Shown piece after piece: positions 8,321 to 17,317 of a DNA stretch of 64,000 nucleotides. The notes under the pieces are model-generated. The model had not been told where the DNA came from. It saw nothing but the letters and a program-made list of their open reading frames with translations, and did no database searches. The stretch covers positions 960,001-1,024,000 of the forward strand of contig CAXXHO010000005.1 of NCBI GenBank assembly GCA_963667725.2, in the 5' to 3' direction. Each line of letters begins with the position of its first letter. The first letter of the stretch is position 1. Position numbers and translations under genes: made by a program. The stretch is from Treponemataceae bacterium (GTDB lineage: Bacteria > Spirochaetota > Spirochaetia > Treponematales > Rectinemataceae).

Positions 8321-11038
8321 CTAACTCCGCATTTTTCGCGAATCCAGCCAGCTCCGAAGCGGCGGCAGCGATTCCGCCACCAATCCGACCAGGTCGGTTC
8401 CCATATCCTCGTCGTATCGCGAAAGAATGAAACCGGTGAGTTCCTCGTCAAGCTTGGGCCGATCCAGAGCGCCCAGAAAATCGCCGAGAGATCGCGTTGG
8501 CGCCCTGTCTTCGCCGTTTCGCGTCAGCGCCGCGCCCCTACCGCCCCATAGCCTCGAAACGGGAGAATTCGACAGCTCGAAAAGCGAGATGAGCGAATTC
8601 CTTGTGCGAGGTTCTTCGCGGTAGAGGTAGAGGAGATCGAGAATGGCTATGTATTTCTCCTCTCCCTCGTTTTCTATGATCCTCGGTATGATTTCCTCGA
8701 TATTATGCCTGCGCAGCCTCAGAACGGCCATGTATTTCCCGCCGCCCTCGATGAATCCGGCGACGAAGTCCGACCAGATCTTCGTCTGGACGATGCTGGG
8801 TATTTTCAGCATATTGCCGAGCGGGGCGAAAACGGCCGCGAAGGGCCACGCTATCACGCTGCGGAAGAAGTTCGCGCGCACAACTTTTTTATCGAAGCCG
8901 CGCAACGTGTTGTGAGCGGCGAGGTACAGTCCGTTCGCGAACGAGATGACGAAAAACTTGGCCAGGTTGAAAAACATGCCGTCCTGCGCCCATGGCCATA
9001 CGATATCGAAATTCGACTTGACGAATCCGAGGATGGGCACCGAAAAGCCAGTCCAGAACAAGGATTGGGCGACATTGTCGAAATTGATGCTTTTCAGTTT
9101 CCATTCGCTGAGCCGACCGCCTCGGTTCGACACGAGGTCGGCGACGCTGTTCCTGAAACCGGTGATGCCCAGCCAGAGCAGCGCGTACGACCAGCCTATG
9201 AAATGATTGGCCACGATGAAACCGATAAAGGCGTAAAGATAATTCTTCACGGATGGGTTGAGATAGCGCCATACTTTTTGGGGCGGTATGAAAGCGGTTT
9301 CGGCCGACGAACCGTCGCCTACGCCGCCCCACTCCGAAAGCTTGCCCAGGCAGACGATGGGCGATACCGAACTTGCGTCGGATTCCCGGACCGGCCTTCC
9401 TTCCGCGTCGATCATGGCCGAGATGAAGGGCGTGAGCGCAATGTGCCGCGAGAGGAAATTTCCTTTGCGCGAACCGAGGATCCTGTCTTCCCGGGTAAAC
9501 CCCATGCCGGGTATTTTCGGATGCCGGCCGGTGGAATCGCTTCCGCATACGGGGATGTAAGGAGCCGTGCCTTCTTTTAGCGCGCGTTCATTGAGCGCGT
9601 TGATGTGGCCGGCGAAGCTTCGCATTTCTTCCGGACCGCGGCTTACGCAGTCCTGGATATTGTAAAGTTCGACGAGATCGATGACGCCGCGGTATTCCGT
9701 CAATACTTCGACCGCCTTCTCTACGCCATGCTCCAGCGGATGGAGCATTTTAAGCCTGCATCCCGCCGTCGAAAGCATCGATTTTACCGCCGCTATATCG
9801 TCGAAGGCGGACTGGTAGTCGATCAGGGAGGGGCCGTCGAAGTACTGCTTGAGGAGGCTGTCCGGCGACATGCCCTTGAAGGTCTTTTTCAGGTCTGAAT
9901 ATGCTTCATCAATGGCGCGGTACTCGGCTTCCGTGCCGCGTTCGCGTTTCCATTCGTCCTGGGCCTTGCTTTTCCGCACTTTAAGCAGAAGAAGTCTGTT
10001 GAACATGACCGGTCTCAGCGTGCTGTAAAGGAATTCCGCCAGATGGATGCGATTGATGCTCATCGTGGGAATGAAAGCGTTCAACGCTTCAAAGGTCAGT
10101 TCCGGAACCGTGTAGAGCGGTTCGTCCGGGAACCCGCCGTTCAGGGCTTCGAGCGAGGCGGCGTTGAATTCCTGCAGCACCCCGCGCACCGCCTCTACTC
10201 GATTGTTCTGGTTTTTCTCGAGATCGGCGAAAAAATCACGAAGGGCATCGGCATTCGTCCGGAAAAAGGCCCTGGCGTCGGCCGGCGTCCTCATCCGGGG
10301 CAGGATCGCCATGAAATGGAAACGGCGGCCTTGGACGGCCATGCTGAACTCGAAGCCGATGTTGATTCTGATGCCGATGATCCGTCCCGCCTCCAGGACT
10401 TCTTCCATCATCTCGATGTCGGAGGGAGAGCCGTAGGCCACTGTAAGCTCGGAAATGCCTTTTATGAAGGCGTCGATAATGAGCTGAGTGGGATTTTTCC
10501 GGCCCGAGGTGGCCGTGTCGTGGACATGGTCGTCCCAGCCGTAATTAAAATCCTCGAGCCTTGTCCCGTTTTCCGGTAGGAGAACGATATTGAGCTCATC
10601 GCAGAGCCTCTGGATTACCTGTTTCTGGCCATGCGTGGATATGGAAAAATCGTGGAGCAGCTCCAGCTGCCGTCTTTTGTTCTGCCTGTTCTTCACCGCT
10701 TCCTTCATGAGCGCCATCTGGACGCGGGCGGTGTTGAGGGGCAGGTCGAGGCTTTTCGAGTTGAAGGACGCGTCGACGAGGACGCGAAGGGCTTCGAGCC
10801 TCGAGCGGGAATGCCTCGAATCGAGGTTTGAAACGACCATAAGGTAGGACTCAGCGATCGAAATCCTCCGGTGCGAAAACCAGCGGTTTACGCACCGGAC
10901 ACTGGAGGAGGGAGCGGCGATGCTGTCAGGGCTGTCTATTTTGGCGTTCAGCTCGCGCCGCATCTTGCGTAGCTCGGCGGAAAAGCTGAGAGAACCGATA
11001 GCCGATTTATAGACTCTCTGGACGGCTGATTTCTTCAT
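8321..11038 (-). CDS. Large hypothetical protein: PHP-like metallo-phosphoesterase domain plus C-terminal multi-TM region
   Basis: 905-aa ORF; DDHVHD, GFEFS, HP, ELYN and GSDS PHP-like motifs; several hydrophobic segments from about aa 600 to 750. Confidence 0.7.
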   Translation of the reverse strand: MKKSAVQRVYKSAIGSLSFSAELRKMRRELNAKIDSPDSIAAPSSSVRCVNRWFSHRRISIAESYLMVVSNLDSRHSRSRLEALRVLVDASFNSKSLDLPLNTARVQMALMKEAVKNRQNKRRQLELLHDFSISTHGQKQVIQRLCDELNIVLLPENGTRLEDFNYGWDDHVHDTATSGRKNPTQLIIDAFIKGISELTVAYGSPSDIEMMEEVLEAGRIIGIRINIGFEFSMAVQGRRFHFMAILPRMRTPADARAFFRTNADALRDFFADLEKNQNNRVEAVRGVLQEFNAASLEALNGGFPDEPLYTVPELTFEALNAFIPTMSINRIHLAEFLYSTLRPVMFNRLLLLKVRKSKAQDEWKRERGTEAEYRAIDEAYSDLKKTFKGMSPDSLLKQYFDGPSLIDYQSAFDDIAAVKSMLSTAGCRLKMLHPLEHGVEKAVEVLTEYRGVIDLVELYNIQDCVSRGPEEMRSFAGHINALNERALKEGTAPYIPVCGSDSTGRHPKIPGMGFTREDRILGSRKGNFLSRHIALTPFISAMIDAEGRPVRESDASSVSPIVCLGKLSEWGGVGDGSSAETAFIPPQKVWRYLNPSVKNYLYAFIGFIVANHFIGWSYALLWLGITGFRNSVADLVSNRGGRLSEWKLKSINFDNVAQSLFWTGFSVPILGFVKSNFDIVWPWAQDGMFFNLAKFFVISFANGLYLAAHNTLRGFDKKVVRANFFRSVIAWPFAAVFAPLGNMLKIPSIVQTKIWSDFVAGFIEGGGKYMAVLRLRRHNIEEIIPRIIENEGEEKYIAILDLLYLYREEPRTRNSLISLFELSNSPVSRLWGGRGAALTRNGEDRAPTRSLGDFLGALDRPKLDEELTGFILSRYDEDMGTDLVGLVAESLPPLRSWLDSRKMRS

Positions 11039-11134
11039 CTATTCCTATCCCCATCATGATAAGCGAAGGGATAGTGTAGAATTCGCGCGACGGATGGTCA
11101 ACCGGATGCGTTATCCGACCTGGCGCGAAATGCG

Positions 11135-11758
11135 TCAGGGATTTTGCTTTTGCCCTACTTCTATCCACTCCGCGAGCGTTTCGGCGAGCGTTTCGCCCAG
11201 ATACCTGGTCGAGTAGAGATACGTCGCTCCGTTCGACGCGGCGCAGCGCTTGATATCGCACATGTCAGGGCGAAGCTCCATCCTCCCGAGCGCCTGACGA
11301 AGCTCCCTCTCGGTCATGGAGAAGGGAGGATCGGTAAAAAACGTCAAATCGGTCGGCCGCGGGTAGATTCTGGATTCATCGCGCACTGTCTCCGCGATGA
11401 GCATCAAGGGATCTTTCTCCTCGGTCCTGAGAAGATGAAGCGCGTAGTTGCCGGTCATCGTGTTTTCGCTGAAATACCACGCATCCGATGAACCTTCCAT
11501 TTTTTTCAGGTCGCCGGCCTCCGGTACTTCCGCGATCGCGGAAGCGATGCTAAAGCCAAGTTCCCTGCTCAGTTCATCGGGCGGAGGAAATCTCGAAGCG
11601 AGCGCGGAGAGGCTCGTGAGCCGACCGGCGGACGACTCGGCGCGTATGAATTCGATGAGCCGCGACGTGTATGCTTCCCTATCCGCCGGTAAGGCTCCGG
11701 GATTATCGGCGACGGCTCCCGCAATTTGCTCTTTTTTGTCGGGGGAAATGACTCCCAT
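11135..11758 (-). CDS. ydhW: YdhW-family oxidoreductase accessory protein
   Basis: EFIR..S.AG.L, YFS...M..NYA, YPRP, YLYS and C-terminal EW.EV.Q.QNP resemble E. coli YdhW; directly downstream of ydhV. Confidence 0.8.
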   Translation of the reverse strand: MGVISPDKKEQIAGAVADNPGALPADREAYTSRLIEFIRAESSAGRLTSLSALASRFPPPDELSRELGFSIASAIAEVPEAGDLKKMEGSSDAWYFSENTMTGNYALHLLRTEEKDPLMLIAETVRDESRIYPRPTDLTFFTDPPFSMTERELRQALGRMELRPDMCDIKRCAASNGATYLYSTRYLGETLAETLAEWIEVGQKQNP

Positions 11759-11816
11759 CTATATGACACTCCTTGGCGCGATAGTGCGATGGCGCTATCG
11801 CGCGATAGCAGCTGAA

Positions 11817-13937
11817 TCAGCCGGGCAGAAGCTCCGCCGCGGCAAGCCTGTCCGCCACGTCCTTTAAGCCGACGGACTCCAGGTACGATCGAGTCGGGGC
11901 GCCGGTCGTCTCATCCCAGCCAAACTCCTTGTAGACCATGGTTCGGCCCAGCTCCAAATCCGACTTTTCCATCTGTATGCTTCCCGGCGTGAATTGTGGG
12001 ATGTTCGAACCGTCCTTGGCATGGTCCGGGGTGATGGGCCATTCGGTGGTCTGGTCGTGCGCGTTCCGCAGATCGGCTGTCCTCATCTGCATGATAGTGT
12101 AGGCGCGCTGGAGCGTGAAGCATTTCGCGGCCGTCTCGTCCAGCTCCTTTTCGCTCATCCGGATACCGGTGGCGAGAGAGTAGAATTTGGACTCGAGCGA
12201 AGTGTCGCCGCGGTACTTGCGCTCCTTCAGCGGGCTCACGGCCATGGGCCACATCCAGTTGCAGAGGGTGAGCGAGTTGTGAAGCATGGATCGTACCAGC
12301 GAGTACTTCACGAACTTAGCCTTGTACACGTTCATTTTCGTATATACGGCCGGGGCGTCGAGAGCCTCGGGCGAACCGAATATCTCGCCCGCGATCTCTT
12401 TCTGCAACGCGACCGGCAGCTTGGAGCCGATGAAGTTCATGTGCGAATGGTTCTGGGAATCGCGGTTGGAAAAACAGGAGATGAGCGCGCCGACCTGGGC
12501 TCCCGCCTCGTTCGAATGGTGCACGGGATAGCCGCCGCGGGTCCAGAGCTTGCCGCTCTTGTCGTTCCAGTAGTCATCGCCGAGGTTCCAGCGTTGCGCT
12601 ATCCAATACGATCCGTCGGCGATGTGGGAGAACTCGCCTTTCTTGAAGGCCACTCTTTCGTAGAAATCGAAGTAGAAGGACGCGTCCCCGCTAAGGAGCT
12701 TGCTCCATGGAATCGAAGCGTACTCTTCGGCGCTCAGAACACGCTTGAAGACGCCTTTGTCGTAGCAGTACTTGAGATCGCGGCCTATCTGCGCATAGTT
12801 GCACCAGACGCCATAATCGTCGGCAAGGGTCGTTCCGATCGCGTTGCCCACGATGCTTGCGTCGGAACCCGTATTGCCGTCGAAATCCTTGATCCCGTAG
12901 CACATGACGCCGCGCGGTCCGGACCAGCCCACGCAGGTGTTGGCCACGTATGGATCGAGTCCGTACTTCTCCAGCTGGGGAACCTTGAGCTGCGAGTGGC
13001 AGCGGATCGGGCAATGCGAACAGCCGCCCATTCGCACGGTGTATTTCTCCGCGCCCGCGCCCAGGTCGAAGATCGCCTTCATCGTGCGCAATCCCACGGA
13101 CTGCATGTCGTGAGGATCGCATTCGCCCGTTTCCACGGGGGGATTCGCGGCGCCCCAGAAGAGACCTTTGCGCCCAGTCCAGCGCGAACTCTTGTCCGAA
13201 TACTCCGCCCAGGGCTGCGGCGTGGAGGGAACGACCATCTGGTTGTTCGCGCCTATGATGCTCATCATGTACGCGTCGAGCTCGAGCCAATCCTTGCCGC
13301 TCGCCGCGATTTTCACCGAACCGGTGCCGTGTACGCCTATGGCTTTCAGATTCTTGGAACCCATGACGCCGCCGTGTCCTCCGGCCGAATGCGAAGCGCC
13401 GGTGCGGATCACCGAAAGGTTGACGAGGTTTTCTCCAGCCTGCCCGATGGCCGCGACCTGGGCTTCCTTGCCCATGAAGGAGGCCACCATGGCCTGGGTG
13501 TCGAAAATGCCCTTTCCCCACATCCAACGGGCGTCCTCGATTCTCACCTTTTCATCTTCGATTCTCAGCCAGACGGGTGATGCCGCTTTCCCCTCGATGA
13601 CGATCAGATCATAGCCGGCATACTTTAGCTCGGTGGCGAAGTAGCCGCCCATGTGCGAACTCGCGATGCCGTAAAAGGGGCTCGAGGGCAGGAGGCTGGT
13701 TATATTGGTGCGGCCGGAGCAAGGGGCGCCGGTTCCGCAGAGGGGGCCAGCGCCGAAGATGATCTTGTTTTCCGGCGCGAAGGGGTGTGTGCCCGCCGGC
13801 ACCTCGTCCCACATGATTTTCATCGACATGCCTTCGCCGCCGATGAATTCCTTGTATTTGAGCGTGTCGTCGATGGAAACCGAGCCAGCGCTCAAGTTCA
13901 CCCTGAGAATTTTTCCGGTATATCCAAATGTTTCCAT
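11817..13937 (-). CDS. ydhV: Aldehyde:ferredoxin oxidoreductase family, YdhV-like
   Basis: GYTGKILRVNL, SHMGG, IGQAGENLV, GVMGSKNLKAI, CSHCPIRC and GWDETTGAPT motifs. Confidence 0.9.
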   Translation of the reverse strand: METFGYTGKILRVNLSAGSVSIDDTLKYKEFIGGEGMSMKIMWDEVPAGTHPFAPENKIIFGAGPLCGTGAPCSGRTNITSLLPSSPFYGIASSHMGGYFATELKYAGYDLIVIEGKAASPVWLRIEDEKVRIEDARWMWGKGIFDTQAMVASFMGKEAQVAAIGQAGENLVNLSVIRTGASHSAGGHGGVMGSKNLKAIGVHGTGSVKIAASGKDWLELDAYMMSIIGANNQMVVPSTPQPWAEYSDKSSRWTGRKGLFWGAANPPVETGECDPHDMQSVGLRTMKAIFDLGAGAEKYTVRMGGCSHCPIRCHSQLKVPQLEKYGLDPYVANTCVGWSGPRGVMCYGIKDFDGNTGSDASIVGNAIGTTLADDYGVWCNYAQIGRDLKYCYDKGVFKRVLSAEEYASIPWSKLLSGDASFYFDFYERVAFKKGEFSHIADGSYWIAQRWNLGDDYWNDKSGKLWTRGGYPVHHSNEAGAQVGALISCFSNRDSQNHSHMNFIGSKLPVALQKEIAGEIFGSPEALDAPAVYTKMNVYKAKFVKYSLVRSMLHNSLTLCNWMWPMAVSPLKERKYRGDTSLESKFYSLATGIRMSEKELDETAAKCFTLQRAYTIMQMRTADLRNAHDQTTEWPITPDHAKDGSNIPQFTPGSIQMEKSDLELGRTMVYKEFGWDETTGAPTRSYLESVGLKDVADRLAAAELLPG

Positions 13938-13955
13938 TGCAGTTTTCCTCCCCGC

Positions 13956-14669
13956 TTAGGCAGTCGCGCCGCTGACGACCGTGGCGCCGGAATTGGCATC
14001 GGCTCCCCACAGAAGTTTTTCCGCTTCTTTGTAATCCATATAGCGTATCGCCCCAGTCGGGCAGAGCCTCACGCAGGTCGGATCCCCCTCGCAGCTCGTG
14101 CATTTCGACGTCTTCCTGGTTTCCGGATCGACGGTGGGCAGATTCCACGCGCAAGCCTGGACGCATTTCCCGCATCCGACGCAGCGCTTGGCGTCGATGA
14201 CGCGGGCGCCGGTTTTCGCGTCGGCATAGATAGCGTTCATCGGGCAGGCGTTGCCGCACGCGGGTTTTTCGCATTGGCGGCAGGTCTCGGCGACGATCCT
14301 GAAGTTGCCCATCTGGCCATCGGCCTTCGCGTAGGCCGCCGTGACGCCTTCGACGCCGTAATTGAGATTTCTGGAGACTTTGATTCTGGAAAGCTCGGCG
14401 CTCACTTTGCCCGAATTCCTCGTCGAGCAGCCGAATTCGCAGCGCTTGCAGCCTACGCAGCGGCTCGGGTCGTGGACGATGACGCCCGAAGGAATCGCCC
14501 ATACACGCAGCTCCTTGGCTTCGGGGTCCTCCCACTTGCCAGCCCCGGCGAGGGAGGCGGTGACGAGAAGTCCCGCGATGCTTCCTCCCGCCATTTTGAG
14601 GAAATCTCTTCTTGATCGGGGTTTTTCAAACCAGCTTTCGCCTTCCCGCTTCTCTGGAAAGTCTTTCAT
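13956..14669 (-). CDS. ydhY: Tat-exported 4x[4Fe-4S] protein, YdhY-like
   Basis: SRRDFLK twin-arginine signal; CVGCKRCEFGC, CRQC..PAC...CP, CVGCGKCVQAC and CTSC...C...CP motifs. Confidence 0.85.
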   Translation of the reverse strand: MKDFPEKREGESWFEKPRSRRDFLKMAGGSIAGLLVTASLAGAGKWEDPEAKELRVWAIPSGVIVHDPSRCVGCKRCEFGCSTRNSGKVSAELSRIKVSRNLNYGVEGVTAAYAKADGQMGNFRIVAETCRQCEKPACGNACPMNAIYADAKTGARVIDAKRCVGCGKCVQACAWNLPTVDPETRKTSKCTSCEGDPTCVRLCPTGAIRYMDYKEAEKLLWGADANSGATVVSGATA

Positions 14670-14716
14670 CGCTCCCGCCTCCCTTATTCGGACATATGTC
14701 CGCGAGGTCTAGGATG

Positions 14717-14859
14717 ATCGCTTTCTTTCCAATGTTCCCTCAAGGAGCGGAACGGGAGGCGTATCCGTTTCCGGGTACGCCTTCGGCGCGGGGCAGAGCC
14801 GCGCGCCAAGACCGAAATCCATGGCACCAACGCGGTAGGATTGTCGGTTCGAAATCGAT
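14717..14859 (-). ncRNA. Moco RNA motif (molybdenum cofactor riboswitch)
   Basis: The minus strand reads ...AGGCGTACCCGGAAACGGATACGCCTCCCGT...TTGGAAAG, with GAAA-capped stem, CCTCCCG and GGAAAG hallmarks. Closing stem ATCGATTTC/GAAAGCGAT. Lies upstream of a Mo/W-pterin enzyme operon. Confidence 0.8.
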
Positions 14860-14891
14860 GTCCATCGAGTGCTTTAAAGCACGATACGATT

Positions 14892-14919
14892 ATTCTATCC
14901 GGTCTCTGAACCATGTCAA
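14892..14919 (-). promoter_or_regulatory. sigma70-type promoter of ydhYVW
   Basis: TTGACA-N16-TAGAAT on the minus strand, just 5' of the Moco RNA. Confidence 0.6.
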
Positions 14920-15000
14920 GATTTAAAACGGTCCGGGGGCGATGAAAGCGATGGACATGGCTTAGTGGCAAAGGCAATAATGCAAGGGAAAGGAGCTGCC

Positions 15001-15936
15001 ATGAAGAACATCGCGGTTATTGGCATAGGCGGAATCGGCGGGTATTTCGGCGGGAAGCTCACCCAGCTTCTTGGGCGGGACCCGCGGGTCAATATTTATT
15101 TCATCGCGCGTGGTCGGCAGTTGGAAGCGATACAGTCGGGCGGCCTCGTCCTGGACGCCGAGGAAGGGCGGATGACCTGCGTTCCCACGAAAGCGATGGA
15201 ACGCATCGCGGACCTGCCTCAGCTGGATTATTGCCTGATATGCGTCAAGGGATATGACTTGGCTGAGGTGCTTCGGCAGCTGAAGGACAAGATCTCCGAC
15301 TCTACCGTGATCCTGCCCCTGCTCAACGGCGTCGACATATTCGAGCGCGTGCGCGCCGTCGTCAAGAACGGCTATCTTCATCCCGCCTGCGTCTACATCA
15401 GTACTTTCGTGGAAAAACCGGGCGTCGTGATTCAGCGCGGGCCTTCGAGCACGATACTTCTTGGCCCCGATCCGGGGCGCAGTCCGGAGGACAGGTCTAT
15501 TCTCGCCCTGCTCGAGGCGGCGGGGATTAAGCATGGCTGGAAGGAAGAACCTTTCGTCGAAATCTGGAATAAGTACCTTTTCATCGCTCCCTTCGGCCTC
15601 ATCACCGCGAATACGGGCAAAACCATCGGCGAAGCGCTGCGGTCCGAAGCAGATCTGAGCGCCGTGAAGTCAATCATGGGCGAGATCATGGCGCTCGCCC
15701 GCGCGAAGGGGATTGGGCTGTCCGCCGGCATCGTCGAGGAAACGCTGGCGAAGGCGGCTAAGTTTCCCGCCGAAACCAGGACTTCTTTCCAGAGGGATGT
15801 CAGCGTGGCGGAGAAGCCGGACGAAAGGGATCTGTTCGCCGGCTCGATAATCAGGATGGGCAAGGATTTCGCTATCCCCACCCCCGTCACTGAGGCGGTT
15901 TTCGCTTCGATCGAGCGAAAGAAGCCGGGGCGCTAG
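15001..15936 (+). CDS. panE: 2-dehydropantoate 2-reductase (ApbA/PanE family)
   Basis: GIGGIGGYFG, CVKGYD, LLNG, IWNKY and TSFQRD...E motifs; AAGGAG RBS before ATG 15001. Confidence 0.85.
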   Translation: MKNIAVIGIGGIGGYFGGKLTQLLGRDPRVNIYFIARGRQLEAIQSGGLVLDAEEGRMTCVPTKAMERIADLPQLDYCLICVKGYDLAEVLRQLKDKISDSTVILPLLNGVDIFERVRAVVKNGYLHPACVYISTFVEKPGVVIQRGPSSTILLGPDPGRSPEDRSILALLEAAGIKHGWKEEPFVEIWNKYLFIAPFGLITANTGKTIGEALRSEADLSAVKSIMGEIMALARAKGIGLSAGIVEETLAKAAKFPAETRTSFQRDVSVAEKPDERDLFAGSIIRMGKDFAIPTPVTEAVFASIERKKPGR

Positions 15937-15939
15937 CGA

Positions 15940-16368
15940 ATGCTGAACGAAGAAACCGTCAGGGCCCTCTGGTCGAAAACCTACAACACGCAGGGAAAAC
16001 CCGACTGGTCCCATATCTACCCCTACTACCATCCCGATATTGTCTTCCAGGACTCGATACAGAGAGTCGAGGGAATCGAGGAATTCAAGGCGCTCTGCGA
16101 GCGGCTGACCGAACGCTGCCAGGAACTCAGGATGGACATCCATGCCGTGGCCCGCGACGGGAAGGTCATATTCCTGCAGTGGACCATGACGATGATGTTC
16201 AAGAAATTCCCGAGCACGCCCGTCTATGGCTCGACGGTGCTCACCCTCCACGAGGACGGCAGGATCATAGGACAGCGCGATTATTACGATTTGTGGGGCG
16301 ATATTTTCAATGGCATTCCCTGGTTCCGGGCGCGATACCGGAAGTTCATGCGCAAGCGTTTTGGCTGA
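15940..16368 (+). CDS. SnoaL/NTF2-like protein
   Basis: YHPDIVFQD, WTM and GRI..QRDYYD pattern. Confidence 0.8.
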   Translation: MLNEETVRALWSKTYNTQGKPDWSHIYPYYHPDIVFQDSIQRVEGIEEFKALCERLTERCQELRMDIHAVARDGKVIFLQWTMTMMFKKFPSTPVYGSTVLTLHEDGRIIGQRDYYDLWGDIFNGIPWFRARYRKFMRKRFG

Positions 16369-16381
16369 GTCTGGAGAAACG

Positions 16382-17317
16382 ATGAAACGAGAACTGCCCG
16401 AGCAGCTGCGGTTCCTGGCGAGCAGGAAGGCGACGCAGAAAACCTGTACGGAATCGATGAGAGGAAAGTGCTGTGTCGTCACCGGCTCCACCTCGGGCGT
16501 GGGCTTGCAGGCGCTGCGGCGTCTCGCCCGGGCCGGCGCCGATATCGTCATGGTCTGCCGCGACAAGGCGAAAGCGGAGTCGATCGCCGCGGAAGTCGCC
16601 GCCGCTTCCGAGGCGAGCCTTCAGCGGGTGCGCGTCGACATAGTGGTCGCGGATTTCAGCGACTTGAGCCAGGTAAGGAAGGCCGCGGCCGAGATCCTCG
16701 AGCGCTGTCCGCGCATAGACGTCCTCATCAATTCGGCGGGACTCCATTCGACGACGCGCAAGCTCGCGCGCGAAGGTTTCGAGCTGGTGTTCTGCGTCAA
16801 CCACCTCGCTTCCTTTCTGCTCACGAGCCTCCTGCTCGACCGGCTCAAGGAGAGCGCGCCTTCGCGCGTTATCCAGGTGAATTCCGAGGGGCACCGTTTC
16901 GGCGGCCTGGACCTGGACGATCTCGACTGGAGCAAGCGACGTTATGCGGGATTGAGGGGCTATGGCGCTTCAAAAATCGCACAACTTCTCACCGTCTGGG
17001 AATTCGACGATCGGCTTCGGGGCAGCGGCGTTACCATCAACGCGGTTCATCCCGGGGATGTGCGCACCAACATCGGCAACAACAACGGTCCGCTCTACAG
17101 GTTTTTCAAGAACACGGTCATATGGCTGATGCTCAAGGATCCCGTCATTTCGGGGGAAGCCCTGTACTGGCTCGCCGCGTCCGGGGAAGCGGGAAAGGTC
17201 AGCGGGAAATTCTTCCATCTGACGGTGGAGGAAAAACCCACCAAGACGGCGCTGAACCGCGATCTGGGCAAAAGAGCCTGGGAGATTAGCAGAACCTTGA
17301 CCGGGCTGGACGCTTAG
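16382..17317 (+). CDS. SDR oxidoreductase (retinol dehydrogenase-like)
   Basis: TGSTSGVG, NSAG, VNHL, YGASK and VHPG motifs. Confidence 0.9.
   Translation: MKRELPEQLRFLASRKATQKTCTESMRGKCCVVTGSTSGVGLQALRRLARAGADIVMVCRDKAKAESIAAEVAAASEASLQRVRVDIVVADFSDLSQVRKAAAEILERCPRIDVLINSAGLHSTTRKLAREGFELVFCVNHLASFLLTSLLLDRLKESAPSRVIQVNSEGHRFGGLDLDDLDWSKRRYAGLRGYGASKIAQLLTVWEFDDRLRGSGVTINAVHPGDVRTNIGNNNGPLYRFFKNTVIWLMLKDPVISGEALYWLAASGEAGKVSGKFFHLTVEEKPTKTALNRDLGKRAWEISRTLTGLDA

Noticed and set aside
11994..13580. 528-aa plus-strand ORF, and similar long antisense ORFs (3405-4574, 5788-6933, 27426-28550, 49212-50354, 56712-57794, 62854-63960)
   Set aside because: These are shadow ORFs opposite well-supported genes, expected in GC-rich DNA, with no recognisable motifs.
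14684..14977. 97-aa minus-strand ORF upstream of ydhY, and the 104-aa plus-strand ORF at 14612-14926
   Set aside because: They overlap the promoter and Moco RNA and show no protein-like features.
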